64,000 bases of DNA from NCBI RefSeq assembly GCF_000372725.1, contig NW_005201403.1, positions 124,001 to 188,000 on the forward strand, in the 5' to 3' direction. This DNA is from Emiliania huxleyi CCMP1516 (taxonomy: Eukaryota). Each line of letters opens with the position of its first letter. Position 1 is the first letter of the stretch. A program made the position numbers and the translations under genes. This document shows positions 22,811-33,557 of this stretch, piece after piece. The notes beneath the pieces are model-generated. The model made no database searches, was not told the origin of the DNA, and worked only from the letters and a program-made list of their open reading frames with translations.

Positions 22811-23660
22811 GAGAGAGAAGGAGAGAAAGAATGAGAGTGAGAGAGAGAGAGGGGTAGGATGGGAGGGAGAGAGAGAGGGGGAAAGGGAGGGTTTGGAATC
22901 TCCGACTCCCGGGTGGAGACACTGCCCTTTCCAGGAGTCACGTGTCCCCAACGACCGACAGTCGGTAATGAGGGTTGGTTGGTTGAGGAAGACGCAGCTG
23001 CGAGACGCCTATAAAGAAACAGCGAGGTAAAGTTCGGCGGCTATGATAAACCGAAAGTTGTCGTAAAACGCGGGCGAAAGCAAAGCAGAGGGCGGGCGCT
23101 TTCTGCCGCAGCGATGCCCGCAGCCTGTCGAGCAGCTTCCGCGGCGCACATGCGCCGCGGGGTTGAACGACAGCCGCGCCTCTCGAGCCACCCGTGCCAC
23201 GCGCGGCGACGCGCACCCTGCGCGCCAGTCGGCGCACTGGCAGTACTGCACCAGCCAGCACGGCGTGGAGCAATGCATCCAGGGCATTGTGTTGGGCGCC
23301 AGCCAGCATGCCTCAGCACAGAGCAAGAGCGCATGCTGCGCACCCTGGCGCAGCACCAGCTCGCCTCCAATCAGGCACTCTCACCACTGCACAGCCGCCC
23401 ACGAGCGCCCGCAGCTGCACTGCTCAACGCTCAGGCTCAGGAGCCTCCCCTTGTTATCGCAGCTTTGTGCAGCGCAGCGTGCGAGCAGCGCAGCGCCAGG
23501 CAGACCCGTGGCACGCCCGGGCAGCTGTGGGACGGAGGCCCGCCGAGCGAGTGCGAGCCGCATCGGCGGCCATGTCTCCCGCAGCCGCGAGCGAGCGGCG
23601 CAAAGAGGCAGCGTCGCGCATGCTTTTCCGTAACGCTCGCGTGCGTATTCTTATTTTGCT

Positions 23661-25167
23661 ATGTCGCAAGTGTTTAGGAGCACGGCGAGCCGACTGGCGC
23701 GTGCTCGCGCGCTCGTCGCCAGCGCGCCGACGCGCGGCATGGCCGGGCCGTCCGGGGCGGGCAAGGGCGACCGGCGTGGGGGGTTCTGGAGCAAGTGGAA
23801 CGCGGCGACGCAGCAGGAGTTTGCGCAGGAGGTGGCGTTTGAGGGCGACAAACGGTCCGAACGGCGGAGATCGCCCCTCCGATCGGTGGCGCAGGCGGCT
23901 GCGCAGGACCCTCGCGACGACTACGACGACCTCGAGTTCCTTCTGGACGACTCGCTCGAGTCGGTGGGCGAGGCAATCGGTGGTGAGGGGCGCGACGGCG
24001 GGCGGGGCCAGGCGGCCGAGGAGCTCGAGGCGGTGCGTGAGGCGCTGCTGAGCGACGACGCCGTCTCCGCTCGACGACGCGCCGAGCTCCTTGGCCTGCT
24101 CGACGAGCTCGGCCCCGCCGCACTGGCCGCGCCGGCGCGGTACCCGCCTCCCGGCTCCGAGGGGCGGAGGGAGGCGTTGGACCTGGACGAGCTTGGTCTG
24201 GACGACGACGGCGGGTCGGGGGACCTGTCGATGGTCTCCTCCTTCCTCGACTCGGTCCGGCTGCGCGAGGCGGGCGCCCTCCCTCCCGGCGGCTTCTTCG
24301 CGCACGTCTTGCACACGAGGGCCGTGTCAAAGGCGGCGCACCCCCTTGAGACGCCTCCGAGACACCTCCTGGACTCCTCCGAGACACCTCCTGGACTCCT
24401 CCGAGCACCTCCGAGCACCTCCGAGCCACTCCCGAGACAGCTCCCAGCACCTCCGAGCACCTCCGAGCACCTCCGAGCCACTCCCGAGCCACTCCCGAGA
24501 CAGCTGCGAGACAGCTGCGAGACACCGACCGTCTTGCGCACGGCGTGTCGCAGGTGACGAGCGGGGGCAAGAAGCGCTCCATCTCTGTGCTCGCAGTGGT
24601 TGGGAATGGAGCCGGCAGCGCGGGCTTCGGCCTCGGCAAGGACGAGGAGGCGACGGAGGCGCTGGTCAAGGCGTGCAAGGCGGCGCGCAAGCAGCTGCTG
24701 CACGTGGACCGCTTCGACGGCCGCCTCTCTCGCACGCCACGCGCTGCTTGCGGAGAGGTCGCCGGATCACTCGCCCAAGCTGTGAGCAGGCCGCACCATC
24801 TTCCACGACATGGAGGACACGTGGGCAAGGACCAAGTGCGTCGTCCTGATGCGGCGGGCGGGGTCGGGCACGCGCTGCTCGTGGCTCATGTGGTGATTAA
24901 TCACTTAATTAGGTCCTTAATGATGTGATGAATTAATTAGGCACGCGCTGCTCGTGGCTCATGTGGAAGATCCTCAACGCCTTCGGCATCACCGACGTCT
25001 CCGTCAAGGTGCACGGCTCCAAGAACAAGATCAACCAGACGCGCTGCATCTTCAACGCGCTTCAGCGGATGGTGTCCGCGCGCGACGTCGCGAACAACCG
25101 CGGCAAGCGGGTCCTCGACATGACGCCGCGCTCCTCCATCGCCCAGGCAGGCTACCGCCCGGACTAG
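23661..25167 (+). CDS. MRPS5: Mitochondrial ribosomal protein uS5m (spliced)
   Basis: Arg/Ser/Ala-rich presequence. VSK|VTSGGKKRSISVLAVVGNGAGSAGFGLGK (S5 N domain) and GTRCSWLMWKILNAFGITDVSVKVHGSKNKINQTRCIFNAL (S5 C domain). Introns 24333-24553, about 24720-24789, and 24868-24940. Confidence 0.9.
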
Positions 25168-25660
25168 CCGCCGCAGCTCCAGGAGCGCGACGCATTTATC
25201 TATCAACGCGCGCTAGTTCCTGCCCTGGGCGCTGCGTGGGCCAGGGGGCCGCTGCGTGGGGGGCGACCCGACGAGCGGCGAGACTCAGCCAGTGTGGCCG
25301 AGTGGGGATCCACAATCACCTCGCCGTCCGCAAAAGCGAGTACTTTCTTGTACACGACCAAACAAGAAGAGGAGAGAGAACACAAAGGCTCGAGACGGCG
25401 AGTCGCGAGAGCGAGTGAGCGAGTGCGAGAGACCGGCGGCGAGGCAGACCAGAGCGCTCAAGAGACAAGAGACCGGCAGGCCGCCCGCGCAAAGTCCGCT
25501 CGCGCACGCGCTCACACGGTCTCGCCCTCCCTCTCAAAAGCCGCACAAACCCACGAATCGGGACTTGCCTGTGAAAAGAACGTGTCCGGCATGCAGGACG
25601 GCGTGGCGAGTCTCGAGCGGCCGATGCGGCCCGACGCCGCGCCGTCCGCCTCTCGATGCG

Positions 25661-26854
25661 TCACGCGGCCTCCGGGCTGGCCGCCTCGCGGACAAAGAAG
25701 GTTGCCTTTGCGTGAAGGCGGGGCGGGGGTGAGCGGGGGGGAAGGGGGAGGGAAAGGAGGCAGCGGGGGGGAAGGGGGGGGGGGGGGGGGCCCTTCCGGC
25801 TGCGCCCAGCCAGCTGGGCCCTTCCAAGCGCCAGAGAAAGACCCCCGCAACTGTGGGTGCGGGACTGATGCCTGTCTCCGGGGAGGGGCCTCNNNNNNNN
25901 NNNNNNNNNNNNNNNNNNNNNNNNNNNNNNNNNNNNNNNNNNNNNNNNNNNNNNNNNNNNNNNNNNNNNNNNNNNNNNNNNNNNNNNNNNNNNNNNNNNN
26001 NNNNNNNNNNNNNNNNNNNNNNNNNNNNNNNNNNNNNNNNNNNNNNNNNNNNNNNNNNNNNNNNNNNNNNNNNNNNNNNNNNNNNNNNNNNNNNNNNNNN
26101 NNNNNNNNNNNNNNNNNNNNNNNNNNNNNNNNNNNNNNNNNNNNNGGGGGTAGGAGCTGGGGGTTGGGCGACCTGCGGGTGGAGACCCGCCTCGAGCAGC
26201 GACAGCGGTGCGTCTGCCTCGCCCACGACCAGCCGCGGGTAGTTCGAGACGAGCTCGAGCCCGGCGGGGCACGCGGCCGCCGCTTCCGGCGAAGCGGCGG
26301 TGACCCAAGTCCGCACGTGGCTGAGGGGCGCCTAATTAATTCATCAATAGTTCGTTAGTCAATTAATTAATTAAGTCCGCACGTGGCTGAGGGGCGCGCC
26401 TGCTTCGGGAAGCGGCGGCTCAGCCGCTTCCCGTCTGGCAGCCGCGCGAGCACCTACACACGGGGACACGGCGCGGACGAGTCCCGGACATGTCTCGGCC
26501 GCGTCCCGTCCGGAAGCAGCCGGCGAGGACCGTCGTCGCGTCTGGCCCAGGTGCGGGCTCGGCAGGGAGAGCCTCCGCCGCCTCGGCCGCCTCGGCCGCC
26601 CGGCGAGCGTGCGCCTCCGCCTCCGCCTGCGCGGCGGCGGCGGCGGCGGCGGCGGCCGCAGCCGCCTCGGCTTCAGCCGCCGCCTTTGCGGCCGCCTCGG
26701 CCGCCGCCTTTTGCTCCTCCTCGTTGATGACTGACGCGGCGAAGTCGACCTCGAGCTCCGTCTCGATGACGCAGACCTGCTCACTCATGCGCCATCCTCA
26801 GCGACGGCTGGCACCCCTCCTCCTCGAGCGTCGTCTCTCTCTCTCTCCCTCTCC

Positions 26855-26889
<35 letters not shown>

Positions 26890-28113
26890 TGTGGGGGGGG
26901 GTTGCACCTGTTTGGGGGGGGGGACCTCCGCGAAAAAAAGCTCGCCTTTAACCGGCTGGGACGGAGGGGAGGCCCCAAAGAAGACTTCGCCTCGCCAAAG
27001 AGGGGAGCTGGCCTCCCCGAAGGCCAAGAAAAAAAGTGGTTTTCCAAAAGGGGGCCTTTACGCCGCGCTGCCTTTACCCACCACCGCTTTTCCACCCCCC
27101 AACGCCCCTACCCGCATGCGCCGCCCCGGTGTGCAGCATCACGGAGTCGCCGAGGGAGAGAGTGGCGCGCGAGGCGGAGAGGTTCCGCTCGAGCGTGCCT
27201 ACGAGGACACGTCCGAGACATGTCCCAGACATGTCCGCGACGTGTCCCTCACGCGGGGAGGGGCCGCTCGGGCGATCCCTTGGCGTCGTGTCCGCACAGC
27301 GCGACGAAGTTGTCGTCGAGCGGCTGGAGCTTGGCGAAAGTGCCGCGCGGCAGCTCCGCCTACTCGCTCCCTCGACGCCTCGGCAAGGCGCCGCCGCCGC
27401 TCCCCACGCGCAGCTGCGCCCTCTCGCCGAAGAGAGCTGCAGCTGGTCGCCGTCACTCGCGCCGAGCGCACGCATGATCCAGAGCGGCACCTAATTAATT
27501 AATTCACTAGCTATGAATGAATGAATTAGGCGCCGAGCGCACGCATGATCCAGAGCGGCACCACGACCGAGCCCTCGGGCGCGGAGAACTCGAGGACGCC
27601 GACGTGGCGGGCCGCGCCTAATTAGTTAATTAATAGTTCACTACCTAATTAATTAGTTAGGTAGGACGCCGACGTGGCGGGCCGCGCCGCCCCACTCGAG
27701 CTTGAAGAGCATCGGGTGGGGCATGCCTGGGGCGCGGCACGACGGGGGGGGGAGGGGGAGGCGGAGTCGGGAAGGGCGGCGCTATGCCGTGGCGCGGCGG
27801 CAGAGCGCCGCTCGCCTCCCTCCCCGACGCGGGCCATGATCTCTTGCAGCGTCGAGGGCGGGAGCAGCACCTTGTCTCCGTCGGAGAGGGAGGGGTTGTC
27901 CATCGCCTCGGAGGAGAGGCAGCCTAGGGACACGTCCCACACATGCCCCACACCTGTCCCACACCCGTCCCACCTCGCACCGCTGCAGAGGGGCTAGCCG
28001 AGCACGCCCCGCCACGCCCCTCCGAACCGGAGCGCGCCGCCGAAGGGCATGCCGGGCGGGAGGCCGCCTCCGAAGGCCGCCGGGCCAGGCCCCATCCCCC
28101 CTCCCACCCCTCC
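25661..28113 (-). CDS. Ufd1-like domain + UBX domain protein (spliced; 5' part in or beyond the gap)
   Basis: [11 protein letters not shown]...PHPMLFKL...[25 protein letters not shown]...[11 protein letters not shown]...[12 protein letters not shown] (UFD1). LPAEP...[12 protein letters not shown]...LVSNYPR...[15 protein letters not shown] (UBX). Confidence 0.85.
25893..26145. other. Assembly gap
   Basis: Run of N. Confidence 1.
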
Positions 28114-28889
28114 NNNNNNNNNNNNNNNNNNNNNNNNNNNNNNNNNNNNNNNNNNNNNNNNNNNNNNNNNNNNNNNNNNNNNNNNNNNNNNNNNNNNNNN
28201 NNNNNNNNNNNNNNNNNNNNNNNNNNNNNNNNNNNNNNNNNNNNNNNNNNNNNNNNNNNNNNNNNNNNNNNNNNNNNNNNNNNNNNNNNNNNNNNNNNNN
28301 NNNNNNNNNNNNNNNNNNNNNNNNNNNNNNNNNNNNNNNNNNNNNNNNNNNNNNNNNNNNNNNNNNNNNNNNNNNNNNNNNNNNNNNNNNNNNNNNNNNN
28401 NNNNNNNNNNNNNNNNNNNNNNNNNNNNNNNNNNNNNNNNNNNNNNNNNNNNNNNNNNNNNNNNNNNNNNNNNNNNNNNNNNNNNNNNNNNNNNNNNNNN
28501 NNNNNNNNNNNNNNNNNNNNNNNNNNNNNNNNNNNNNNNNNNNNNNNNNNNNNNNNNNNNNNNNNNNNNNNNNNNNNNNNNNNNNNNNNNNNNNNNNNNN
28601 NNNNNNNNNNNNNNNNNNNNNNNNNNNNNNNNNNNNNNNNNNNNNNNNNNNNNNNNNNNNNNNNNNNNNNNNNNNNNNNNNNNNNNNNNNNNNNNNNNNN
28701 NNNNNNNNNNNNNNNNNNNNNNNNNNNNNNNNNNNNNNNNNNNNNNNNNNNNNNNNNNNNNNNNNNNNNNNNNNNNNNNNNNNNNNNNNNNNNNNNNNNN
28801 NNNNNNNNNNNNNNNNNNNNNNNNNNNNNNNNNNNNNNNNNNNNNNNNNNNNNNNNNNNNNNNNNNNNNNNNNNNNNNNNNNNNNNNNN
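28114..28889. other. Assembly gap
   Basis: Run of N. Confidence 1.
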
Positions 28890-29109
28890 GGGGGGGAGGC
28901 AGGCGGGGCGGTGGATAGGGTGGGGTGTGCAGAGGGGGGGGGGGGCTTGACAAGCGGGAGGGGAAGAGGGCCGAAGGCTGGCTGCGTGTCTGCTGGTCCC
29001 TTCCAGCTGGTCCCTTCCAGCTGGTCCCTTCCAGCTGGTCCCTTCAAGCGGCAGAGACGGGCCCCGGCGCTGGGGGGGTGGGACTGAGCCCTGTCCGTGG
29101 GGAGGGGTC

Positions 29110-29897
29110 GCGCTGGCGGCGCACCTCCTCTTGAAGCTCCTCCGCGCCCGCGTCTGCGCCGGCGCGCGACTCGCGAAGCGCTGCGAGCACCTCTTCGCGC
29201 TCGCGCCTGGCGGGAGGTACACACACATGGTTGGGGAGGGGCCGAGGCTGAGCGGGCTTCTGCGCAGGGGCACGGGCTGCGGACGCGCGCAGGGGAGGTA
29301 GTGCGGGGCTGCAGGAGGGGGACGGGGTCGGTCAGACGCAGGTGCAGGAGCGGCTCGTGGGGAGGTATGTGGGTGCGGGAGGCTTTAGGCTGCTATTCTC
29401 CTCGTCGCCGCCCGCTCCCTCTCGTCCGCCTCGTGCTCCGACGCAGCTATGGCGGCGGCCAGCATCGCGTCGCCCGTCGCCGGCGCGTCGGCCGCGGCAA
29501 GCGGGGTCCCGCACATCTCGCAGGCGGCGGCGCCCGGCGCGTTGACAAAGGTGCAGACGGGACAGGCCGTCCCATCACCAATATCCATCGGCTGCGGCGC
29601 GGGCGGCGCAGCTTCCGAAGGCCCGCCACCAGCGAGCGGCCGATCAAACGGCGCCCGCGGCGGCGCTCCAACAGCCGGACGAACCTTCTCCGGCCTCACG
29701 AACACACCGTGCAGAGGCGCGCAGGAGAAGTAGGCCACGCCGCCGACCGAGCCGTCGTTCCGACCCTCTGGGCCGTCAAGCTCCACGCCGACCCAAGTTC
29801 CTTCGGAGTCAAAGTCCGCCTTTCCGACGTAGCGCACCGTGCCCTCGCAGGTCCTTCCCGTCAAGCGCACGCGGGCGCCGCAGGAGAGCGGGTCCAT
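29110..29897 (-). CDS. CAP-Gly domain + RanBP2/NZF-type zinc finger + UIM-like helix; probably the 5' exons of the Ufd1-UBX gene
   Basis: GTVRYVG...WVGVELDGPEGRNDGSVGGVAYFSC...GVFVRPEKV; ACPVCTFVNAPGAAACEMCGTP; DAMLAAAIAASE. Next exon reads AREREEVLAALRESR. Confidence 0.8.
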
Positions 29898-30444
29898 GAG
29901 ACTGATGGATGTGTCTGGGCAACGGACCAAAGAAATCGCATGAGGCCCGTGCGATTCTTTCTGCAGAAAACACGAGATCGACGCGGAGGGCGTGTCCCTT
30001 GCGCAGTCCGAATCGTTTCGGAGGGCGTTCCCTTCAAGACGTGCTATGCAGGTGCCAGGTGGAACGCTCCGCTCTCTTTGCCCCCTTTTTACTAAAGCAG
30101 ATGGATGGAAATGACAAACAAATTACGTGTGAGTGTTAGAGTTGTTTGGTATTGCTAAAAATCTCTCTCTGGAAATGAACTACTCTGAGGTGGTGCGCGC
30201 CGAGCACGTTCCCAAATGCCTCAGCGTGTCGCACCGCTGGATGGTACATCATGAGGCTAATAGTTTGATAGTCACGGTTAGTGTACACCAACTCGGCCGT
30301 AGCTTTTTTTTTTACGCCGGCTTTTCCCGCCCTTCCACCCCTCTCTTGGCTTTTTTTTAGGTTTGTTCGATCTCAACAGAGATCACAAGGAGATTGAGAG
30401 ATTGGCAGAATGAGTTCCGACCAAATTGGGAAACCGCTGGAATA

Positions 30445-31050
30445 CTTGTACACGGTATCGTCACGGAGGCGCACATGGTGGCCGTCGTCGGCGGGGCCAA
30501 GGGTAAGCTTGCGACCGTCTCGTTCTGGGCCGAGGCCCTCAATGACTTTAACACCGGCTACGGGTTCGTCAACGGCACCTGCGGCTACTTTGGCAGCTTC
30601 AATGTACAGGTCGCTCACACGCGCCGATGCGAGGAGATGTCCATCAAGGTGCGCTACTCCTCCGCCGTCTTCCAGGTCCGCGCGTGGGCCGCCACCGTGC
30701 GCGGTGGCTACGTCTATGACCGGATTTCGGGCCCAAGGCATCGCCTCGACGTGTCTATCAGTGCCCCGGGCAACGCACCGGAGCGCACTTTTCCACATGG
30801 TCTGCTAGGGCAGTCCTTTTCCTCCTCGGTCCCACGGAATGGGAAGCAGGACAGTTACCCAGCCGCGGGACGCTTCGCCACTAGTGCGCAAGCCGAGGGA
30901 GCCATCGAGGGCACGGCGGCCATGTATGAGGTGGAGTCGCGCTACGCCACGCGCTTCGCATTCTCTCGCTTTGATATCGCGATGCCGACGACGCAGCTGC
31001 AGAATGACGTCGAAGCTGCCAGAAATGTGCTCCCGACCAACACAAGGTGA
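30445..31050 (+). pseudogene. 5'-truncated fragment of an extracellular beta-rich C-terminal domain (PHGLLGQS...AEGAIEG...Y.V...F.FSRF type)
   Basis: Clearly coding-like (HRLDVSI, PHGLLGQSF, AQAEGAIEGTAAMYEV), but there is no signal peptide or convincing start upstream. Confidence 0.5.
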
Positions 31051-32176
31051 GCACCACGCCGCACCTACCTAAACAAAAGCAGACCCGCAACAACCCCACA
31101 TGCCATGCTGGGAAGCGCAGCGCACACGGCCTTGGTACGCCCCTCCCATCCGCGGATACGTACGCACGCGAAGGGTAGCGAAGGGGAGGGGACGGGTCCA
31201 TCTCGTATAGCAGATACCCTATGTATGCACCCGACGCCAAAGTCGGACTGGCTACTGTGCGATAACGCTGTCAAAAGGAGACTAGTTGCAAAAAGTCTCA
31301 CGGGGAAAACCCACACTTTGGTGCAAAAAACGCTGTCACGGCCAGCTCGGCACTATCTACTCAAAAAAAGTGACATAAGTATCACTGACATTATGGACAT
31401 AGAGCACCCACACTTAAGCGTTCCGCGCACACACAAGGTCCGCCTGTGTGCGCCGCCAGCTTCCCAGGGCCATAGCGCGAAAAACGAAGGAGGAGATGCA
31501 TCCTAGCTGTCGCCACCGAAGGCGACTCGACGTCGCTGAGATCGGAGATCAAGCTCTGACAGGTCACACGTCGCTCCTTTGACGCCGACGTGACTCACCC
31601 GTGCAGAGCGCATCAGGACACGGTCTCGACGCGCTCGGTACGACGCCTGCGACCCGTCTCGGGTCAGGTGGCACGACGCTCATCGCGCCTGTTCCATGTC
31701 ACGACGCTCATCGCGGGCCGGGGGTCCCATCCTGGGGGTGTTTTTGTCTTTGTGTGTGGGGGGATGGTCGGCGACTTACCCCGGGGACAAACAACAAACA
31801 AACCGGGGTCGAGAGCCCCTCGCCAACGGCAACGCAGACAAGCACAGCCCAGCCCTCGCTCTCTGGCTGCGCCAGCAGCTCGTAGCCGCGCGCTCTTTTG
31901 CGCCCGCAAGCGGATGCCCTCCTCCGCGAGCGAGGCGCGAAAGAGGAGCGAGACGGCCGCGACGCGAGTAATGTCGATGGAGCAGCTGTTGTAGCGAGAG
32001 GCGAGAGCGAAGAGGACGCGTACGAGGAGGTTGGTGGGGAGGTCGAGGACGGGGCGGCGGCGGCGGCGGCGGCGGCGAGCGACGGAGGCGGCGCGAGCGG
32101 CGCGTGGGTGGGGCGGACATCGCCTTTATCGTCGAAGCCAAAAAATAAAAGAAACGAATCCTGTAAGTGAGATCGC

Positions 32177-33233
32177 ATGTGGACGTTGCTGCTCTTTGCC
32201 TCGTCCTCTCTCCTCCCGCCCGCTCCGGCTGCGTTGTTGCAGCGGCGGCGCGAGCTCCTCGGAGCGGCTGGATCGCTGCTCGGCGCGGCCGCGGCCGCTC
32301 CGGCGCCGGCGTTGGCTCTCGTCAAGGGCTCGGCGCCTCCGCCCAAGACTGGACCAAAGGAGCGCAAGTGCAAGAGCATCGACGAGTGTGAGGCGCTGGG
32401 CGAACGCGAGCGCGCCAAGGCAGCCGAGGGCGCTGACGAGACGATCGAGCGCACCCGAGGCGGCGACCGGTATCGCGACCTCGCCGTGGGGCAGGGCGGC
32501 AAGGCGGTCGCCGAGGGCGACGCAGTGGAGATCCGGTACCGCGTGATGCGGCTCGGGACCAAGGCGCGCGACGGCCTGTCCGGCGAAGGGCAGACAATCT
32601 TCTCCTTTGGGTACGGCGAAGACGAGGCGCGAGTCACGGGACGGTGCACGATGTGGTTCTAATCCTAAGCGTTTCATTGAGAACAGGACCGCGAGGGCGA
32701 CACGCTGCCGGTGCGGCCGGCCTGCCCCTCGCAGCCTGCAGTCGCCGGAGCACCGCACAAGGAGTGGCTGCCTTGATCAGGTCCGGCTCGCGGGCCGCAA
32801 CCTGGTCGCCGGGGTCAACGACGCGCTGGTCGGCATGAAGCCGGGCGGGCGGAGGCGCGTGCTGGTGCGCCCCGAGCGAGGCTGGCGCGACCTGACTGGC
32901 GCGTGCGCCGAGGGTACAAAGTCGCTCGGCCTCGACGCGCAGAAGAGGACGGACGCACAGTCGGGCAACCTGGTCTTCAAGGCGGACATCGGCGCCGCCA
33001 TCGAGAATGAGCTCGCCTGCCAGAACAAGGTCTCCCTCCCTCAGCCACGCACCTACGGCGCAAAGGCGCGCTTCGGCAGGCGCTTCGACGAGTCACTCCT
33101 CGTCGAGCTCGACGTCGTCGGCTTCGCGGACCCGCAAAAGGCGGCGGGTGGGCTGGACGTAAGCTCGAAGGCCTTCAAGTGCCAGCAGAACCCGTTCGCC
33201 GACGGCTGCGACGACGGAGTGCCCGTCCAGTAG
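32177..33233 (+). CDS. FKBP-type peptidyl-prolyl isomerase, probably thylakoid lumen
   Basis: Signal peptide plus twin-arginine-like QRRRELLG...ALA. YRDLAVGQG...GDAVEIRY; LVAGVNDALVGMKPGGRRRVLVRPERGW; LLVELDV. Two introns, near 32627-32686 and 32711-32780. Confidence 0.85.
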
Positions 33234-33557
33234 AGTCTCCCGCGAGACGGATATGTGAGAGGTCGAGGTTGTGGTCTGGATTCAAAAAATCGCTCCATGC
33301 CGCTGTGGCGTCGCGCTCTCTCGAGTCTGAGGATGTCGACTCTCGTCTCTCTCCGAGCCATAACAGCCACAGCGGGTGCCGCGCGGAGACGCGCGCGAGC
33401 GAGGCCGCGCCGAGACCGAGACCGCGAGAGGAGCGAGACCCGAGACGCCGCTGTGCGCTGACAGAGTAATCCTCCCGGCACCGCGCGGCACCTCCCGGGC
33501 ACATGGCCGAACACACTGTAGCGCTACTCGGCGTCCCCAGCAGCCTCATAGTATGAC

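Noticed and set aside
27782..29273. ORFs spanning N-runs (also near 11359 and 25893)
   Set aside because: Artefacts of assembly gaps.
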